DNA from: an uncultured Candidatus Saccharibacteria bacterium
Lineage (GTDB): Bacteria > Patescibacteriota > Minisyncoccia > JACQLN01
Direction: 5' to 3'
Assembly: GCA_964526375.1 (NCBI GenBank)
Contig: CAZGLK010000001.1
Location: 4,811-68,810 of the forward strand
DNA length: 64,000 bases
Part shown: one piece after another, positions 34,669-45,088 of the stretch
Numbering within the stretch: position 1 is the first letter of the stretch
Layout of the letters: the number at the start of each line of letters is the position of its first letter
The notes under the pieces: model-generated
Database searches by the model: none
Seen by the model: the letters and a program-made list of their open reading frames with translations, nothing else
Told to the model about the DNA's origin: nothing
Translations under genes and position numbers: made by a program

Positions 34669-35409
34669 ATGCTTCACGGTAAAAAGATATCGGTAGTTTT
34701 TGCGACTTACAGGGAAAAAGCCTCAATCCGAAACGTCATAACAGAGTTTGAAGAAACCGGAATTGTTGACGAAATAGTGGTGGTCAACAACAATGCCGAG
34801 CCGGGCACGGACGAAGAAGTAAAAAAGACAAAAGCGCGGCTGGTTTATCAAACGAAACAGGGCTATGGCTGGGCTCTCCGGAAAGGCATTAAAGAGGCCA
34901 CAGGAGATTATATCGTGTTGTGTGAGCCGGATTACACTTATGCCGGCAAGGACATTTGGAAGTTTCTTGCCTATGCCGAAGATTTTGACATTGTTTTTGG
35001 TTCCCGCACCAATCGCGCTACTGTTGCTCTCAATACCGACATGAATGTGCTGCGGCGAATTGGCAATGTTTTTTACGCCAAAGTAATTGAAGTCTTGTAC
35101 GGCGCTAAAACCATTACCGACATCGGTTGCACTTACAAGCTTTTCAGAAAGGAGGCGCTTCGGATGATTGAGCCGTATTTTAGCTCGGGTGATCCGAAAT
35201 TCGCGACAGAACTTATTTTATTGGCGGCGAGTTTCAAAATTCCATTTGTGGAAATACCGGTTAATTATCGAAGTCGGGTTGGAGAATCCACTATAATTTC
35301 TCATTGGTATAAACTGATCCGTTGGGCTTTCAAGCTTATGTGGTTTTTCTTTTCTTTCCGAGCGAAATGGGCCTTAGGCCGGATCAGGGCCAATCACTAT
35401 AATGTTTAA
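34669..35409 (+). CDS. GT2 polyprenyl-phosphate sugar transferase (DPM1/GtrB/ArnC-like)
   Basis: …ISVVFATYREKASI… DEIVVVNNNAEPGTDE… LCEPDYTY…. Confidence 0.75.
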   Translation: MLHGKKISVVFATYREKASIRNVITEFEETGIVDEIVVVNNNAEPGTDEEVKKTKARLVYQTKQGYGWALRKGIKEATGDYIVLCEPDYTYAGKDIWKFLAYAEDFDIVFGSRTNRATVALNTDMNVLRRIGNVFYAKVIEVLYGAKTITDIGCTYKLFRKEALRMIEPYFSSGDPKFATELILLAASFKIPFVEIPVNYRSRVGESTIISHWYKLIRWAFKLMWFFFSFRAKWALGRIRANHYNV

Positions 35410-36637
35410 GATTAATAAGGCCTGCCGCGATTGCGGATCAAGCGACTTGGTTAAGTTTCTTGATTTGGGAGATCAACCGGCAGCCAACAGTTTTCTGAAT
35501 AAAGAAAAATTGAAAGGAGACGAACCCAAGTTCCCCTTGGGGGTTTATTTTTGCGGAAACTGCAATTTGGCCCAACTTATTCACATAGTTGATCCGGCCG
35601 CCCTTTTCCGGAGTTATATTTATCTCTCTTCCGGTATGCCCAAGGTTTCACCCTATTGGCAGGCCTATGCCCAACAGGTAATAACCGATTACTTGCCCCA
35701 GAGAGACGGATTCATTGTTGAGTTTGGAAGTAATGACGGAGTTTTACTTAGATTTTTTAAAGATTCCGGTTATAAGGTTCTAGGAATTGATCCTGCTGAA
35801 AATGTGGCCAAGATAGCCCAAGAGCGAGGTATGCCAACGATTGTGGATTTTTTTGGTGAAGCCGTCGCATCGGAGATTGTTAAAAACCATGGCCGCGCCG
35901 AAGTTATAATGGCCAACAATGTCTTGGCGCACATTGATGATCATCAGGATGTCTGCAGAGGAGTGAGGACGCTTTTAGCCCCGAGAGGGGTGTGGGTGAT
36001 AGAAGCCCCTTACCTAATTGATATGTTCGAAAACCTCACTTATGATACAATTTACCATGAGCATCTTTCGTTCTTGTCAGTTCGGCCTTTGCAGAAACTG
36101 TTTGCTCGTTACGGACTGGAAATTTTTAAGGCTGATGTGGTTCAAGCGCAGGGACAATCTTTGAGGTTGTTTGTTGGCCACAGCGGAACTCGCCCGGTTT
36201 CAGAAACAGTTTTTGAACTGACAAGCCGGGAACTTGAATACCGTTTAGATTCCGGTCAAAGTTATTTTGATCTGGCTCGGCGAGTCGAAAAATCAAGATC
36301 CATATTGGTGTCGCTGTTGAGAAGGTTGAAATCGGAGGGGAAGACCGTGGCTGCTTATGGGGCCCCGGCCAAAGGCAATACGGTTCTTAATTATTGCAAT
36401 ATCGGCGCCGATATTTTGGATTATGCCTTGGATGATCTGCCGACCAAACAGGGTCTTTATACGCCAGGTCAACGCATACCGGTGCTTGATCGGGAATGGG
36501 CCCATCTTAATCCACCCGATTATTATTTGATGCTGGCCTGGAATTATAAAGGAGCCATTCTGGAAAAGGAAGCGGATTACATTAGAAAAGGGGGTAAATT
36601 TATTATGCCCATAGGCGATGAACCAAAAATCATATAA
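35402..36637 (+). CDS. NDP-hexose C-methyltransferase family protein (TylC3/NovU-like)
   Basis: N-terminal Zn-ribbon CRDC…CGNC plus a class I SAM-MTase core and the C-terminal domain typical of sugar C-methyltransferases. Confidence 0.65.
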   Translation: MFKINKACRDCGSSDLVKFLDLGDQPAANSFLNKEKLKGDEPKFPLGVYFCGNCNLAQLIHIVDPAALFRSYIYLSSGMPKVSPYWQAYAQQVITDYLPQRDGFIVEFGSNDGVLLRFFKDSGYKVLGIDPAENVAKIAQERGMPTIVDFFGEAVASEIVKNHGRAEVIMANNVLAHIDDHQDVCRGVRTLLAPRGVWVIEAPYLIDMFENLTYDTIYHEHLSFLSVRPLQKLFARYGLEIFKADVVQAQGQSLRLFVGHSGTRPVSETVFELTSRELEYRLDSGQSYFDLARRVEKSRSILVSLLRRLKSEGKTVAAYGAPAKGNTVLNYCNIGADILDYALDDLPTKQGLYTPGQRIPVLDREWAHLNPPDYYLMLAWNYKGAILEKEADYIRKGGKFIMPIGDEPKII

Positions 36638-37658
36638 AAACATACTTATCTGCGGCGGTTGCGGTTTTATGGGGTCAAATTTTGTTCGCCGACTCCACAA
36701 TAAGTATCCGGCCTATAAAATATTTAATCTGGATCTTTTAACTTACGCCGGCAACCCGGAAAATTTATCGGATGTAGCCGTGAGTCAGCGGTATCAGTTC
36801 GTCCACGGCGATATTGGAGATCGGCCGATGGTTGAAGATCTCTTTTCCACGCATAAATTTGAAGTAGTTATTAACTTTGCCGCCGAAAGCCATGTTGACC
36901 GCTCTTTGGTTGACACTCTGCCGTTTATCAAGACCAATGTTCAAGGGGCTTATATTTTGCTTGAGGTCGCTCGAAATTACAAAACCCCCAGGTTTATTTA
37001 TATTTCTACAGACGAAGTCTATGGCGATGTTCCCCGGGGCATAAAAACCCAAGAGTCCTATCCCCTTAATCCCACTAATCCTTATGCCGCCTCCAAGGCC
37101 GCCGCCGACCTGATGGTTCAAGCCTACATTAAAACCCACAATATTCCGGCTTTGATTTTGCGAAGTTCAAATAATTATGGACCGTATCAGTACCCGGAAA
37201 AGTTGAATTCGTTGGTGGTAACTAATTTGATTGAGGGCAGAAAGGTTCCCGTTCATGGCCAGGGCCAGCATATTCGGAGCTGGATTCATGTTGAAGATTT
37301 TTGCAATGCTTTGGATTTGATTATGCATAGGGGTTATGATCACCGAATTTATAATATCGCCGGAGAAGAAAAAAGCAACATGGATATTATTAAAGAAATC
37401 GCTCAAGCCCTGGGTAAGAATCATCAGGAACACCTGGAATACGTACATGATCGTCCTGGCGCGGATTTTCGTTACTCGCCCGATCATTCTTTAATAACCA
37501 AAGAATTGAGTTGGAGCCGAGAGCATTCTTACGGGGAGTCTTTGGCTGGCTTGGTAAATTGGTACATAGATAACCGATCCTGGTGGGAAAAAATTAAACA
37601 AAGGAGGGAATTTTTAGACCACTACGATAAACAAAGCAAAGGGCAATATGATCTCTAA
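36618..37658 (+). CDS. rfbB: dTDP-glucose 4,6-dehydratase
   Basis: ILICGGCGFMGSNFVR… VINFAAESHVDRS… YISTDEVYGD… YAASKAAAD. Confidence 0.85.
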   Translation: MNQKSYKNILICGGCGFMGSNFVRRLHNKYPAYKIFNLDLLTYAGNPENLSDVAVSQRYQFVHGDIGDRPMVEDLFSTHKFEVVINFAAESHVDRSLVDTLPFIKTNVQGAYILLEVARNYKTPRFIYISTDEVYGDVPRGIKTQESYPLNPTNPYAASKAAADLMVQAYIKTHNIPALILRSSNNYGPYQYPEKLNSLVVTNLIEGRKVPVHGQGQHIRSWIHVEDFCNALDLIMHRGYDHRIYNIAGEEKSNMDIIKEIAQALGKNHQEHLEYVHDRPGADFRYSPDHSLITKELSWSREHSYGESLAGLVNWYIDNRSWWEKIKQRREFLDHYDKQSKGQYDL

Positions 37659-38541
37659 AAATGCCGCAGTCTTGATCGTGGGCGCCAGCGGCCAATTAGG
37701 TTTTGATCTGATGCGGGTTTTTGGCGACCGGGCAGTCGGTTTGACCCATCGGGATATTGAGGTTTCTAATTTTGAAAAAGTTGCCCAAATCGTAAAAAGC
37801 CATAAGCCGGCCTTGGTAATAAATGTTGCCGCTTTTGTGAAAGCAGAAGAGTGTGAAACCAAACCGGAATTATGTTTTAATGTTAATGCTGTGGGTGCGT
37901 TTAATGTTGCGAAAGCCGCCTCTGATGTGGGAGCGGATATTGTTTACTTAAGCACTGATTATGTTTTTGACGGCTCTAAACGAGTTTTTAGGGAAAACGA
38001 CGCGATTAATCCATTGAATGTTTATGGTGCCAGCAAAGCCGCGGGGGAAAGTTTAGTCAAAATTGCCAATAGCCGTCATTACATAATACGGTCCAGCTGG
38101 TTTTTTGGCGCTAATTTACCGCATAAGGGTCTTGATTTTCCAAGAAAAATGTTAGAATTAGCCCGCAGAAAGTCAGAAATGAAGGTGGTTAACGACCAGT
38201 TCGGTTCCCCAACATATACGAAAGACCTGGCGTTTAAAATTAAAGAAGTAGTCCAGTGCGCGCCTTATGGGGTTTACCATATTACCAATCAAGGTGCAGC
38301 CTCGTGGTTTGATTTTGCCAAAGAAGTTCTAAGAGTGTCTGGTTCTAACATCAAACCTAGTCCCATTCCAACTTCTGAAAGCGGTTCCAAAATTAGAAGG
38401 CCAAAAAGTTCGGTTTTAGAGAACGCGAAACTTAAAAAATTGAACATCGGCCTTTTGCGCCCGTGGCAGGAAGCTCTGTCTGTATTCTTCAAAGAAATCA
38501 GCAAGCGAGGAGTAAATAATCTTCGCAAAAACAAAAGCTGA
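37648..38541 (+). CDS. rfbD: dTDP-4-dehydrorhamnose reductase
   Basis: VLIVGASGQLG… YLSTDYVFDGS… NVYGASKAAGE. Confidence 0.8.
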   Translation: MISKNAAVLIVGASGQLGFDLMRVFGDRAVGLTHRDIEVSNFEKVAQIVKSHKPALVINVAAFVKAEECETKPELCFNVNAVGAFNVAKAASDVGADIVYLSTDYVFDGSKRVFRENDAINPLNVYGASKAAGESLVKIANSRHYIIRSSWFFGANLPHKGLDFPRKMLELARRKSEMKVVNDQFGSPTYTKDLAFKIKEVVQCAPYGVYHITNQGAASWFDFAKEVLRVSGSNIKPSPIPTSESGSKIRRPKSSVLENAKLKKLNIGLLRPWQEALSVFFKEISKRGVNNLRKNKS

Positions 38542-38561
38542 TTCTGTTATGTTTTAAACAG

Positions 38562-39935
38562 ATGAAAACGGTATTTCTGGTTATTCCAAACCCAGTAATA
38601 ACTTCGGATATTCTACGCACCAGGTACATAGAGTACTTGGCGTCTAAATACCGAGTAATTGTCGTCAACCCATTTTTTGGCGAGGGCGCGGCTAAAAAAA
38701 TGGGTTACTTTGTTTCTCCTGCCACTGAATACATAAAATGGAAGCTGGAGCATCCTAGTTTCTGGGATATCCTCAAGCTCTTTCGCATAAGCTTAATAGG
38801 TGAGTTTGATTATCTGTCGGCCGTTCAGTTTTTTTACCGCCGCCCCAACTTTAGAAATAATCGGAGGAGGAGATTTTTAAGGATGCTGGGTAGGCCCTTT
38901 TCTGCTTTTCTGACGGCAGATTTTTTTACCAACTTAGAGAAATTGTTGTTGCCTCGATCGGTATTTTTCGAAAGTCTCCTCAAGAAGTATAATCCAGCTC
39001 TTTTGATTACAGCCACACCCGGTTTTGACCCTATGGAGGCGGAGGTGATCATATGCGCCAAAAGAGCCGGTTTAACTACCGCGGCCATTGACTTTTCTTG
39101 GGACAATTTGACTACCAATTGCAAACATATCAGGCGGACGGACTATTTAATAGTTTGGAATGACATTGTTAGAGACGAAGCAATTCGTATTCATCACTAT
39201 GACCGCAGCAAGATATTCACAGCCGGCGTTTTAAAATTCGACCACTACTTCCGGAATCAGTCCGGCGAACTTTCCCGCGAAGATTTTTTGACGTCCAGGA
39301 ACCTGAATCCTGCCAATAAGACCATAGTTTTCGCCACCAAGCCTAGGATCTATGGTGAACAGATTGAGCATATTAGGGCCGTAATCAAGGCGCGTGAGGC
39401 GGGTCAATTTGGACAAACCCTTAACATTTTGATTAGGCCGCACATTTTGGATGATCCAAAATTCTATCAGGAGTTTCTGTCTTTTGATAATGTTTATGTG
39501 GATTGCCCGGGCAAAAGATTAATTTTGGAAAACGGAACTCCGAGCAGTGCCATGGAGATGGATCAAGAAGACTTGGTTAATCTTAAGCACATTCTCAAAT
39601 ACGGCGATGTTCATCTTCAATACGGTTCGACTCTGGCTTTGGAGGCAGCGGTGTTTGATAGGCCCGTGGTTAATATAGGATTTTTAAAAACCATGCTTCA
39701 TAACGAAAGCTACCGGATAGATCATTACTGGCCGGTGATTAAAAGCGGCGCCGCTCCTTTGGCCAAAGACATGGGCGAATTGGTCGGCTGGATCAATAAA
39801 TATCTTAATCAACCGTCGTTGCACAGAGAAAACAGAGCCGGATTAGTTGCCGCCTACATACCCTTCCAAGACGGTCTGGCTTATCAAAGAAGTGTCCAGT
39901 TTTTAGACGGCATTTTGCAATCTGGCCATGGTTAA
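38562..39935 (+). CDS. GT-B-fold transferase, TagF/KpsC-like family, paralog 2 of 5
   Basis: …YNPALLITATPGFDPMEAEVIICAKRAGLTTAAIDFSWDNLTTNC… VLKFDHYF… KTIVFATKP…. Confidence 0.6.
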   Translation: MKTVFLVIPNPVITSDILRTRYIEYLASKYRVIVVNPFFGEGAAKKMGYFVSPATEYIKWKLEHPSFWDILKLFRISLIGEFDYLSAVQFFYRRPNFRNNRRRRFLRMLGRPFSAFLTADFFTNLEKLLLPRSVFFESLLKKYNPALLITATPGFDPMEAEVIICAKRAGLTTAAIDFSWDNLTTNCKHIRRTDYLIVWNDIVRDEAIRIHHYDRSKIFTAGVLKFDHYFRNQSGELSREDFLTSRNLNPANKTIVFATKPRIYGEQIEHIRAVIKAREAGQFGQTLNILIRPHILDDPKFYQEFLSFDNVYVDCPGKRLILENGTPSSAMEMDQEDLVNLKHILKYGDVHLQYGSTLALEAAVFDRPVVNIGFLKTMLHNESYRIDHYWPVIKSGAAPLAKDMGELVGWINKYLNQPSLHRENRAGLVAAYIPFQDGLAYQRSVQFLDGILQSGHG

Positions 39936-41040
39936 CTTTGGGCTGGTGAAAAAAACGGAATTAGATTTGTTGCATCGGTTTTATGAAGATGTCTATCCTG
40001 TCGGCCATATTTTGCGGCAGCAGGAATTTTTAGATTGGTATACCATAGCCAGTCCTTATTATCGCGGTTCCGTTTTTGAAAAGAATGGATGCTACCCCAT
40101 TATTGCCGCCTATGAGCAAAAAAAGATAATCGGTCAATGGATTTGTCAGCCAAGCAAGTTTAATTTTTATGGCCGGCTATTCTCAATGGCTTGGTTGTCC
40201 AATTGGATGATTCATCCGGCTTGGCGCCATCGGGGTGTGGGTGTTTTTTTTATTAAATTTTTGCTGGAGCAAGATTTTGACGTTTTTGCCGCCAATATGG
40301 TTACCCCCGAGGTAAACAAGATGCTGACTCATTTTGGCTACAGCCACCACGATCTCCGCCGCTACCTGGCTGTTCTTTCGCCTCAAGCGATTCGATTGGT
40401 TCAGCGGCCAACGTCGCAGTTACAAGAAAAGATAAACTCAAACTTGATTATTCAAGATAATCCCGACCCAGCCGTGCTTAATGATGTTGATCATTTTGAC
40501 AGCCGCTACGATCTTTTTTGGGAGGCTGTTTTTGCCAATAACACCATGGGTTCTCTGCGCTCGGCGGATTTTTTGAATTGGCGCTACTTTCAAGATCCGT
40601 TTTTAACCTACAAAGGCTTTGTGGTGCAGGATGAGGCCGGCCATGTTAAAGGCGCGGTGGTTCTACGTTTAGAAAATATCAGGAATACCGGACTTAAAGC
40701 TTGCCGCCTAGTAGAGTTTATAGTTGATCCTGCATTTGTAACATTGGCAATGAAATCGGTTCTTGTTCAGGCATTGAAACGGGGCTGTGTCTTTATGGAT
40801 TTTTATAATTTACTGGAAAATTTTGACAAAGAGTGGTATAGTCTGGGTATTTTGAAAAACGATCCAGTATTGTCTTGTGCTTTGCCTCGTCTAACCCAGC
40901 CTGTTTCTTATGAGAACTTTTTTATTAATTTAGCTGTTTTTGAAAAGCATCCCGCGATTCCATTGGCAGAGTTTTTAGATTTTAAAAAATGGTATACCAC
41001 TTCGGGAGATGCCGATCAGGACAGGAAAAATTTTTCATGA
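39928..41040 (+). CDS. FemAB/BioF2-like GNAT-fold acyltransferase, paralog 1 of 2
   Basis: …MIHPAWRHRGVGVFF… GNAT-like motif; paralogous to 59454-60467. Confidence 0.5.
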   Translation: MVNFGLVKKTELDLLHRFYEDVYPVGHILRQQEFLDWYTIASPYYRGSVFEKNGCYPIIAAYEQKKIIGQWICQPSKFNFYGRLFSMAWLSNWMIHPAWRHRGVGVFFIKFLLEQDFDVFAANMVTPEVNKMLTHFGYSHHDLRRYLAVLSPQAIRLVQRPTSQLQEKINSNLIIQDNPDPAVLNDVDHFDSRYDLFWEAVFANNTMGSLRSADFLNWRYFQDPFLTYKGFVVQDEAGHVKGAVVLRLENIRNTGLKACRLVEFIVDPAFVTLAMKSVLVQALKRGCVFMDFYNLLENFDKEWYSLGILKNDPVLSCALPRLTQPVSYENFFINLAVFEKHPAIPLAEFLDFKKWYTTSGDADQDRKNFS

Positions 41041-41996
41041 TCAAAGAAGATCAATATTTTATTGTTAACTATCATTATGTGCTTGACCCGGTTTTACACC
41101 CGCGACTGGAGGGCATTTATCCGGTGCTCCCGGACGATTTTAGGGATCAAGTCCGTTTTCTCTGCGGTAATTTCAAAATAGTTACGGTTGAAGAACTTTA
41201 CCATGCGGCTAGAGAGAACCTGGCTGGCAGGTTTTGCTCTCTAACTTTTGACGATGGTTTAAAAGAGCACGCTAATTTTGTTTTGGCGACTCTTAAGGAA
41301 TATAAAGCGCCGGGGACATTTTTTGTCATCACCATTCCCTTGGCTGGCAGAATTCCTTTGGCTCACAAAATTCATTGCTTGAGATCCAAGTATTCTGTGC
41401 CGGAACTGGCGGAGTTTTATCGTTGCTTTGCACAAGAACGTTATCCGGATTTGCTAAAGACGCACGCAGTAAAAGAGAACAGCCCGCGGCCCGCCTCAAA
41501 AATTAAAGTTTATGATGACGCCTTAACGGCTAGTTTTAAGGTAGCCATGTCTAGATTATCTCCGGCCGTGAGTCAGGAATTTGCGGATCTTCTTTGGTCT
41601 AAGTGCGGTTGGGATAGCAAGTACGAACAGTCAATGGCGCGAGAGATGTTTTTGAGCGCCGAAGAGATTAAAGAGATGGTGCGTCGGGGCATGGCTATAG
41701 GCTGTCATACCCACAGCCACAACGCTCTGGGGCTGTTAGATAATAAAGCCGCCAAATCGGATATATTAAATTCACAGAAAATTTTGTCGGACATTACCGG
41801 ACATAGAATAAATTTATTCTCTTATCCCCACGGGATCTATTCTTCAAAGGACGGAGATATGCTTAAAGAACTGGGTTTCAATTATGCTGTAACCACAGAA
41901 AGACGGGGTTTGAGTGAGGCGGATTACCCACTGCAAATACCGAGGTACGATGTCCGTGATCTGGAAAATGCCAAATTGCTGAACATAGGTAATTAA
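41037..41996 (+). CDS. polysaccharide deacetylase (CE4/NodB-homology)
   Basis: …TFDDGLKEHANFVLATLKEYKAPGTFFVI… and HTHSHNAL; the start is chosen at the ATGA overlap. Confidence 0.75.
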   Translation: MIKEDQYFIVNYHYVLDPVLHPRLEGIYPVLPDDFRDQVRFLCGNFKIVTVEELYHAARENLAGRFCSLTFDDGLKEHANFVLATLKEYKAPGTFFVITIPLAGRIPLAHKIHCLRSKYSVPELAEFYRCFAQERYPDLLKTHAVKENSPRPASKIKVYDDALTASFKVAMSRLSPAVSQEFADLLWSKCGWDSKYEQSMAREMFLSAEEIKEMVRRGMAIGCHTHSHNALGLLDNKAAKSDILNSQKILSDITGHRINLFSYPHGIYSSKDGDMLKELGFNYAVTTERRGLSEADYPLQIPRYDVRDLENAKLLNIGN

Positions 41997-42042
41997 CCAA
42001 AACAAAACTTGCCGGAAATGTGTTTTAATAGCAAGCCTTTTT

Positions 42043-43671
42043 ATGAACTTTCGTGAGGTCCAACTTCGGGTTTTTGACTTGATGACCAGCGGCGCGGCTT
42101 CGCTGGCCGATTATTTGGCATGTCAGCGCGACTTAAAGAATCTAGCCGAGCAACCCCCCTCGTATTTTAGAAATCTGCGGGTCGCTTTTTTAAGTAATTT
42201 TACCCTGCAAGGACTCCCCGAGGTTTTTGAGGTTCAAGCCATTTTTCATAATTTGCGTTCTCAAACCTACCTAAGTCCTTATAACCAATATCCCCAGGAT
42301 ATATTAAATCCCAATAGTGAACTGAACCGATTTAAACCAGACCTGGTTTATTTTTTGATGGACATGACGGATGTCGACCAGGCGCAATTTACGACTTTAT
42401 TGAACAATCTTTTAGATAACGTTAGAGCCAAGGTAATAGTGCCTCAAAGTTTTTTGGCGCTTGAGGCTAATGGTTTTTCCAACCGCAACCTGGTTGGTTT
42501 TGATTGGGACGGTTTTATAGACAAGATAGGCCGTGATGAGTTTTGGTATACCAAATACAAGGAATTGGGCGATTTAAGGCTGTCTCCGGCGGCTTTCTTG
42601 TCTTTGGCTAACGCCATTATGGGCTATGCCGTGTCTGTGGCTGGAGCCGACAAGAAGTGTTTGGTGACGGATTTAGACAATACGCTTTGGCGGGGTGTGG
42701 TTGGCGAGGACGATTTGGAAAGGATTGATCCTAATATCAATTTTCAAGATTTACTCTTGGGGTTTTATAGCCGAGGCGTAGTTTTGGCGGTTAACAGTCG
42801 CAACAACCAAGCCGATGCTTTGGCTGTTTTTGACGATCATCAGGAAATGAGGCTGCGTAAAAATCATTTGGCGGCTTGGCGCATAAATTGGGACGACAAA
42901 GTCACCAACATGAGAAGTTTGGCCGCGGAACTTAATTTGGGATTGGAATCTTTTGTTTTTGTTGATGATGATCCTTTTCAAAGAGGTTTGGTTAAGGAGT
43001 CTTTGCCGGAGGTGGCTGTGCTGGCCCCGGGTGGTTTGGAAGCATATCAAGGATTCACTAAATTGACCCTGACCGAAGAAGACGCGATGCGGGGGCAGAT
43101 GTACGCCCAAGAGCGCGGTCGCAAGGAACTGGAGGCTGTCTTTACCAACCTGGGCGATTTTTTAAGCCAGTTGCAGATGGGCATATCCGTAGAACCAATC
43201 TCGGCCTTAACGATTCCACGAGTTAGCCAACTTACCCAAAAGACCAATCAATTTAACTTGGTTACGCGGCGATACTCGGAAGCAGAAGTGCAAGAATTGA
43301 TCTCCAGCGGCTGGAAGATTTGGACGGCGCAGGCGCGGGATCGTTTTGGCGATTATGGGATAATAGCCGTGGCGGTTGTAGAGCCCCGGTCGAATTCAGT
43401 TTGGAGAATTGATAACTTTTTGTTAAGCTGCCGGGTTCTGGGTCGTGGGCTGGAGACAGCTTTTTTGTCTTACATTTTGGACAAAGCCAGAAATGAAGGC
43501 GTGTTGAAGGTTGTTGGAGAATTTGTTCCCACTTCCAAAAACAAGCCATGCGAGATGTTCTATCAGGGTCATAAATTTAAAGAGGTGGCCCGGCGGGACA
43601 ACTCCACTTTTTACGAATATGACTTTAGCCAGCAGTGTCCCAGCCCGGAATTCATTAAGTTTTTAACCTAG
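42043..43671 (+). CDS. FkbH-like HAD-superfamily protein with C-terminal GNAT-like domain
   Basis: HAD motif I in the FkbH form (VTDLDNTLWRG), HAD motif-containing middle region, C-terminal GNAT-like segment; immediately followed by a carrier protein. Confidence 0.65.
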   Translation: MNFREVQLRVFDLMTSGAASLADYLACQRDLKNLAEQPPSYFRNLRVAFLSNFTLQGLPEVFEVQAIFHNLRSQTYLSPYNQYPQDILNPNSELNRFKPDLVYFLMDMTDVDQAQFTTLLNNLLDNVRAKVIVPQSFLALEANGFSNRNLVGFDWDGFIDKIGRDEFWYTKYKELGDLRLSPAAFLSLANAIMGYAVSVAGADKKCLVTDLDNTLWRGVVGEDDLERIDPNINFQDLLLGFYSRGVVLAVNSRNNQADALAVFDDHQEMRLRKNHLAAWRINWDDKVTNMRSLAAELNLGLESFVFVDDDPFQRGLVKESLPEVAVLAPGGLEAYQGFTKLTLTEEDAMRGQMYAQERGRKELEAVFTNLGDFLSQLQMGISVEPISALTIPRVSQLTQKTNQFNLVTRRYSEAEVQELISSGWKIWTAQARDRFGDYGIIAVAVVEPRSNSVWRIDNFLLSCRVLGRGLETAFLSYILDKARNEGVLKVVGEFVPTSKNKPCEMFYQGHKFKEVARRDNSTFYEYDFSQQCPSPEFIKFLT

Positions 43672-43675
43672 CAGC

Positions 43676-43900
43676 ATGAGTATCGTCGAAGAGGTTTTGT
43701 GTAAAGTTATGGGGGTTGGGTCTGTTTCGGACAGCACCTCTCTCAAGGACATAGCCAGTTGGGATTCTTTTAATAGTTTGGTTTTGCTTAACGAGCTGGA
43801 GAGCCAATTTGAAGTTAGGTTTACTTTGGATGAGGCCACGAGCTTTAATAGCGTGGCTGACATTAAACGAATCCTCCAGCAACGCGGCATTAAGGTCTAA
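43676..43900 (+). CDS. acyl/peptidyl carrier protein, paralog 1 of 3
   Basis: 74 aa, phosphopantetheine Ser in the SWDSFNSL motif; paralogs at 55457 and 58643. Confidence 0.7.
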   Translation: MSIVEEVLCKVMGVGSVSDSTSLKDIASWDSFNSLVLLNELESQFEVRFTLDEATSFNSVADIKRILQQRGIKV

Positions 43901-43908
43901 AATACATT

Positions 43909-44607
43909 ATGAAAACTTTTATTTTAAATTTTTTAAAGAAAAAATATCCCGCCGTAAAGTTTATTCTTGAGTATCAACCCAAAAACATAGAGAGAAAGGA
44001 AATATTGCGGCGGATAATGAATTACGTTTCGGCCTGTCGGATCAGCGGGGATTATTTGGAATTTGGCGTTTACAAGGGATCAACTTTCATTGAGGCCTAT
44101 AAAATGGCCAAGGCCAAGAAATTGGAATCAATGAGGTTTTTTGCCTTTGATTCATTTGAAGGTCTGCCGGAAATATCTAAAAAAGAAAGTGATCCGGTTT
44201 CTTTAGAACAATTTAGGGAAGGTCAATATTCATTCTCGCTGGAGAATTTTAGAAAGAATCTAGAGCGGGCTGCCGTTTCTATGGCTGATGTTAAGATTGT
44301 GCCCGGTTGGTTTGATAAGGTTCTTAACGAGGACACCAAAAACAAAATAGGCCTGGGAGCCATAGCGGTAGTGTGGGTGGACGGGGATCTGTACGAGTCG
44401 GCCGTGCCGGTTTTGGATTTTATAAGAGACCATATTGTTGACGGCACGATTTTGGTTTTTGATAATTGGTTTCTCTTCCGGGGTTCTCCCTTTAGAGGTG
44501 AACAGCGGGCTTTTAGGGAATGGCTTAGCCGGAATCCGGACCTTAGTTTTTCGGAATTTCATAAATACTTTTGGCACGGTAATTCTTTTATTATTCATAA
44601 AAACTGA
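43909..44607 (+). CDS. TylF/MycF-family (macrocin-type) O-methyltransferase
   Basis: GDYLEFGVYKGST… VWVDGDLYES… VFDNW. Confidence 0.7.
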   Translation: MKTFILNFLKKKYPAVKFILEYQPKNIERKEILRRIMNYVSACRISGDYLEFGVYKGSTFIEAYKMAKAKKLESMRFFAFDSFEGLPEISKKESDPVSLEQFREGQYSFSLENFRKNLERAAVSMADVKIVPGWFDKVLNEDTKNKIGLGAIAVVWVDGDLYESAVPVLDFIRDHIVDGTILVFDNWFLFRGSPFRGEQRAFREWLSRNPDLSFSEFHKYFWHGNSFIIHKN

Positions 44608-44611
44608 TTTG

Positions 44612-45064
44612 ATGTTTAAGATAACGCAGTTAAAACAAGCCGCGCCGCAGGCCCTAAAAGAAATAAATAATTTGATTTCTAAACTTAGCTTGAGCCGTAT
44701 TCCTCCTAAAAAGCTGACTCGGGACCTTTTTAAGAAGATGCTGGATCAGAAAGATTTTTTTCTTTTTGCGGCGACCGCGCCCAGCGGTGTGGATAACAGG
44801 ATAGTCGGTACTTTAAGCATTTACTTTGTGAGAATACCGACTGGGTTGATTGCCGTGGCCGAAGATTTGATTGTGGAAGAAATTTACCGCCGCTGGGGCG
44901 TGGGGCGCTTGCTTATGGAGAAGGGCATAACCCTGGCCCGCTCCCGACGAGCTAGACACATCAGTCTAAGAACAAATCCCAAGCGGGCGGAGGCCAATAG
45001 GTTGTATCGCTCGTTGGGTTTTAAGCAGATGGCCGCGAATTTTTACCGCATAAACCTTTTTTGA
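44612..45064 (+). CDS. GNAT N-acetyltransferase
   Basis: …EEIYRRWGVGRLLMEKGITLAR… motif A; the start is chosen at MFKITQ 5 nt after the upstream stop, and the ORF-track 5' extension overlaps the upstream gene. Confidence 0.7.
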   Translation: MFKITQLKQAAPQALKEINNLISKLSLSRIPPKKLTRDLFKKMLDQKDFFLFAATAPSGVDNRIVGTLSIYFVRIPTGLIAVAEDLIVEEIYRRWGVGRLLMEKGITLARSRRARHISLRTNPKRAEANRLYRSLGFKQMAANFYRINLF

Positions 45065-45088
45065 TAAGGTCACCGATTTGGGCATCAA

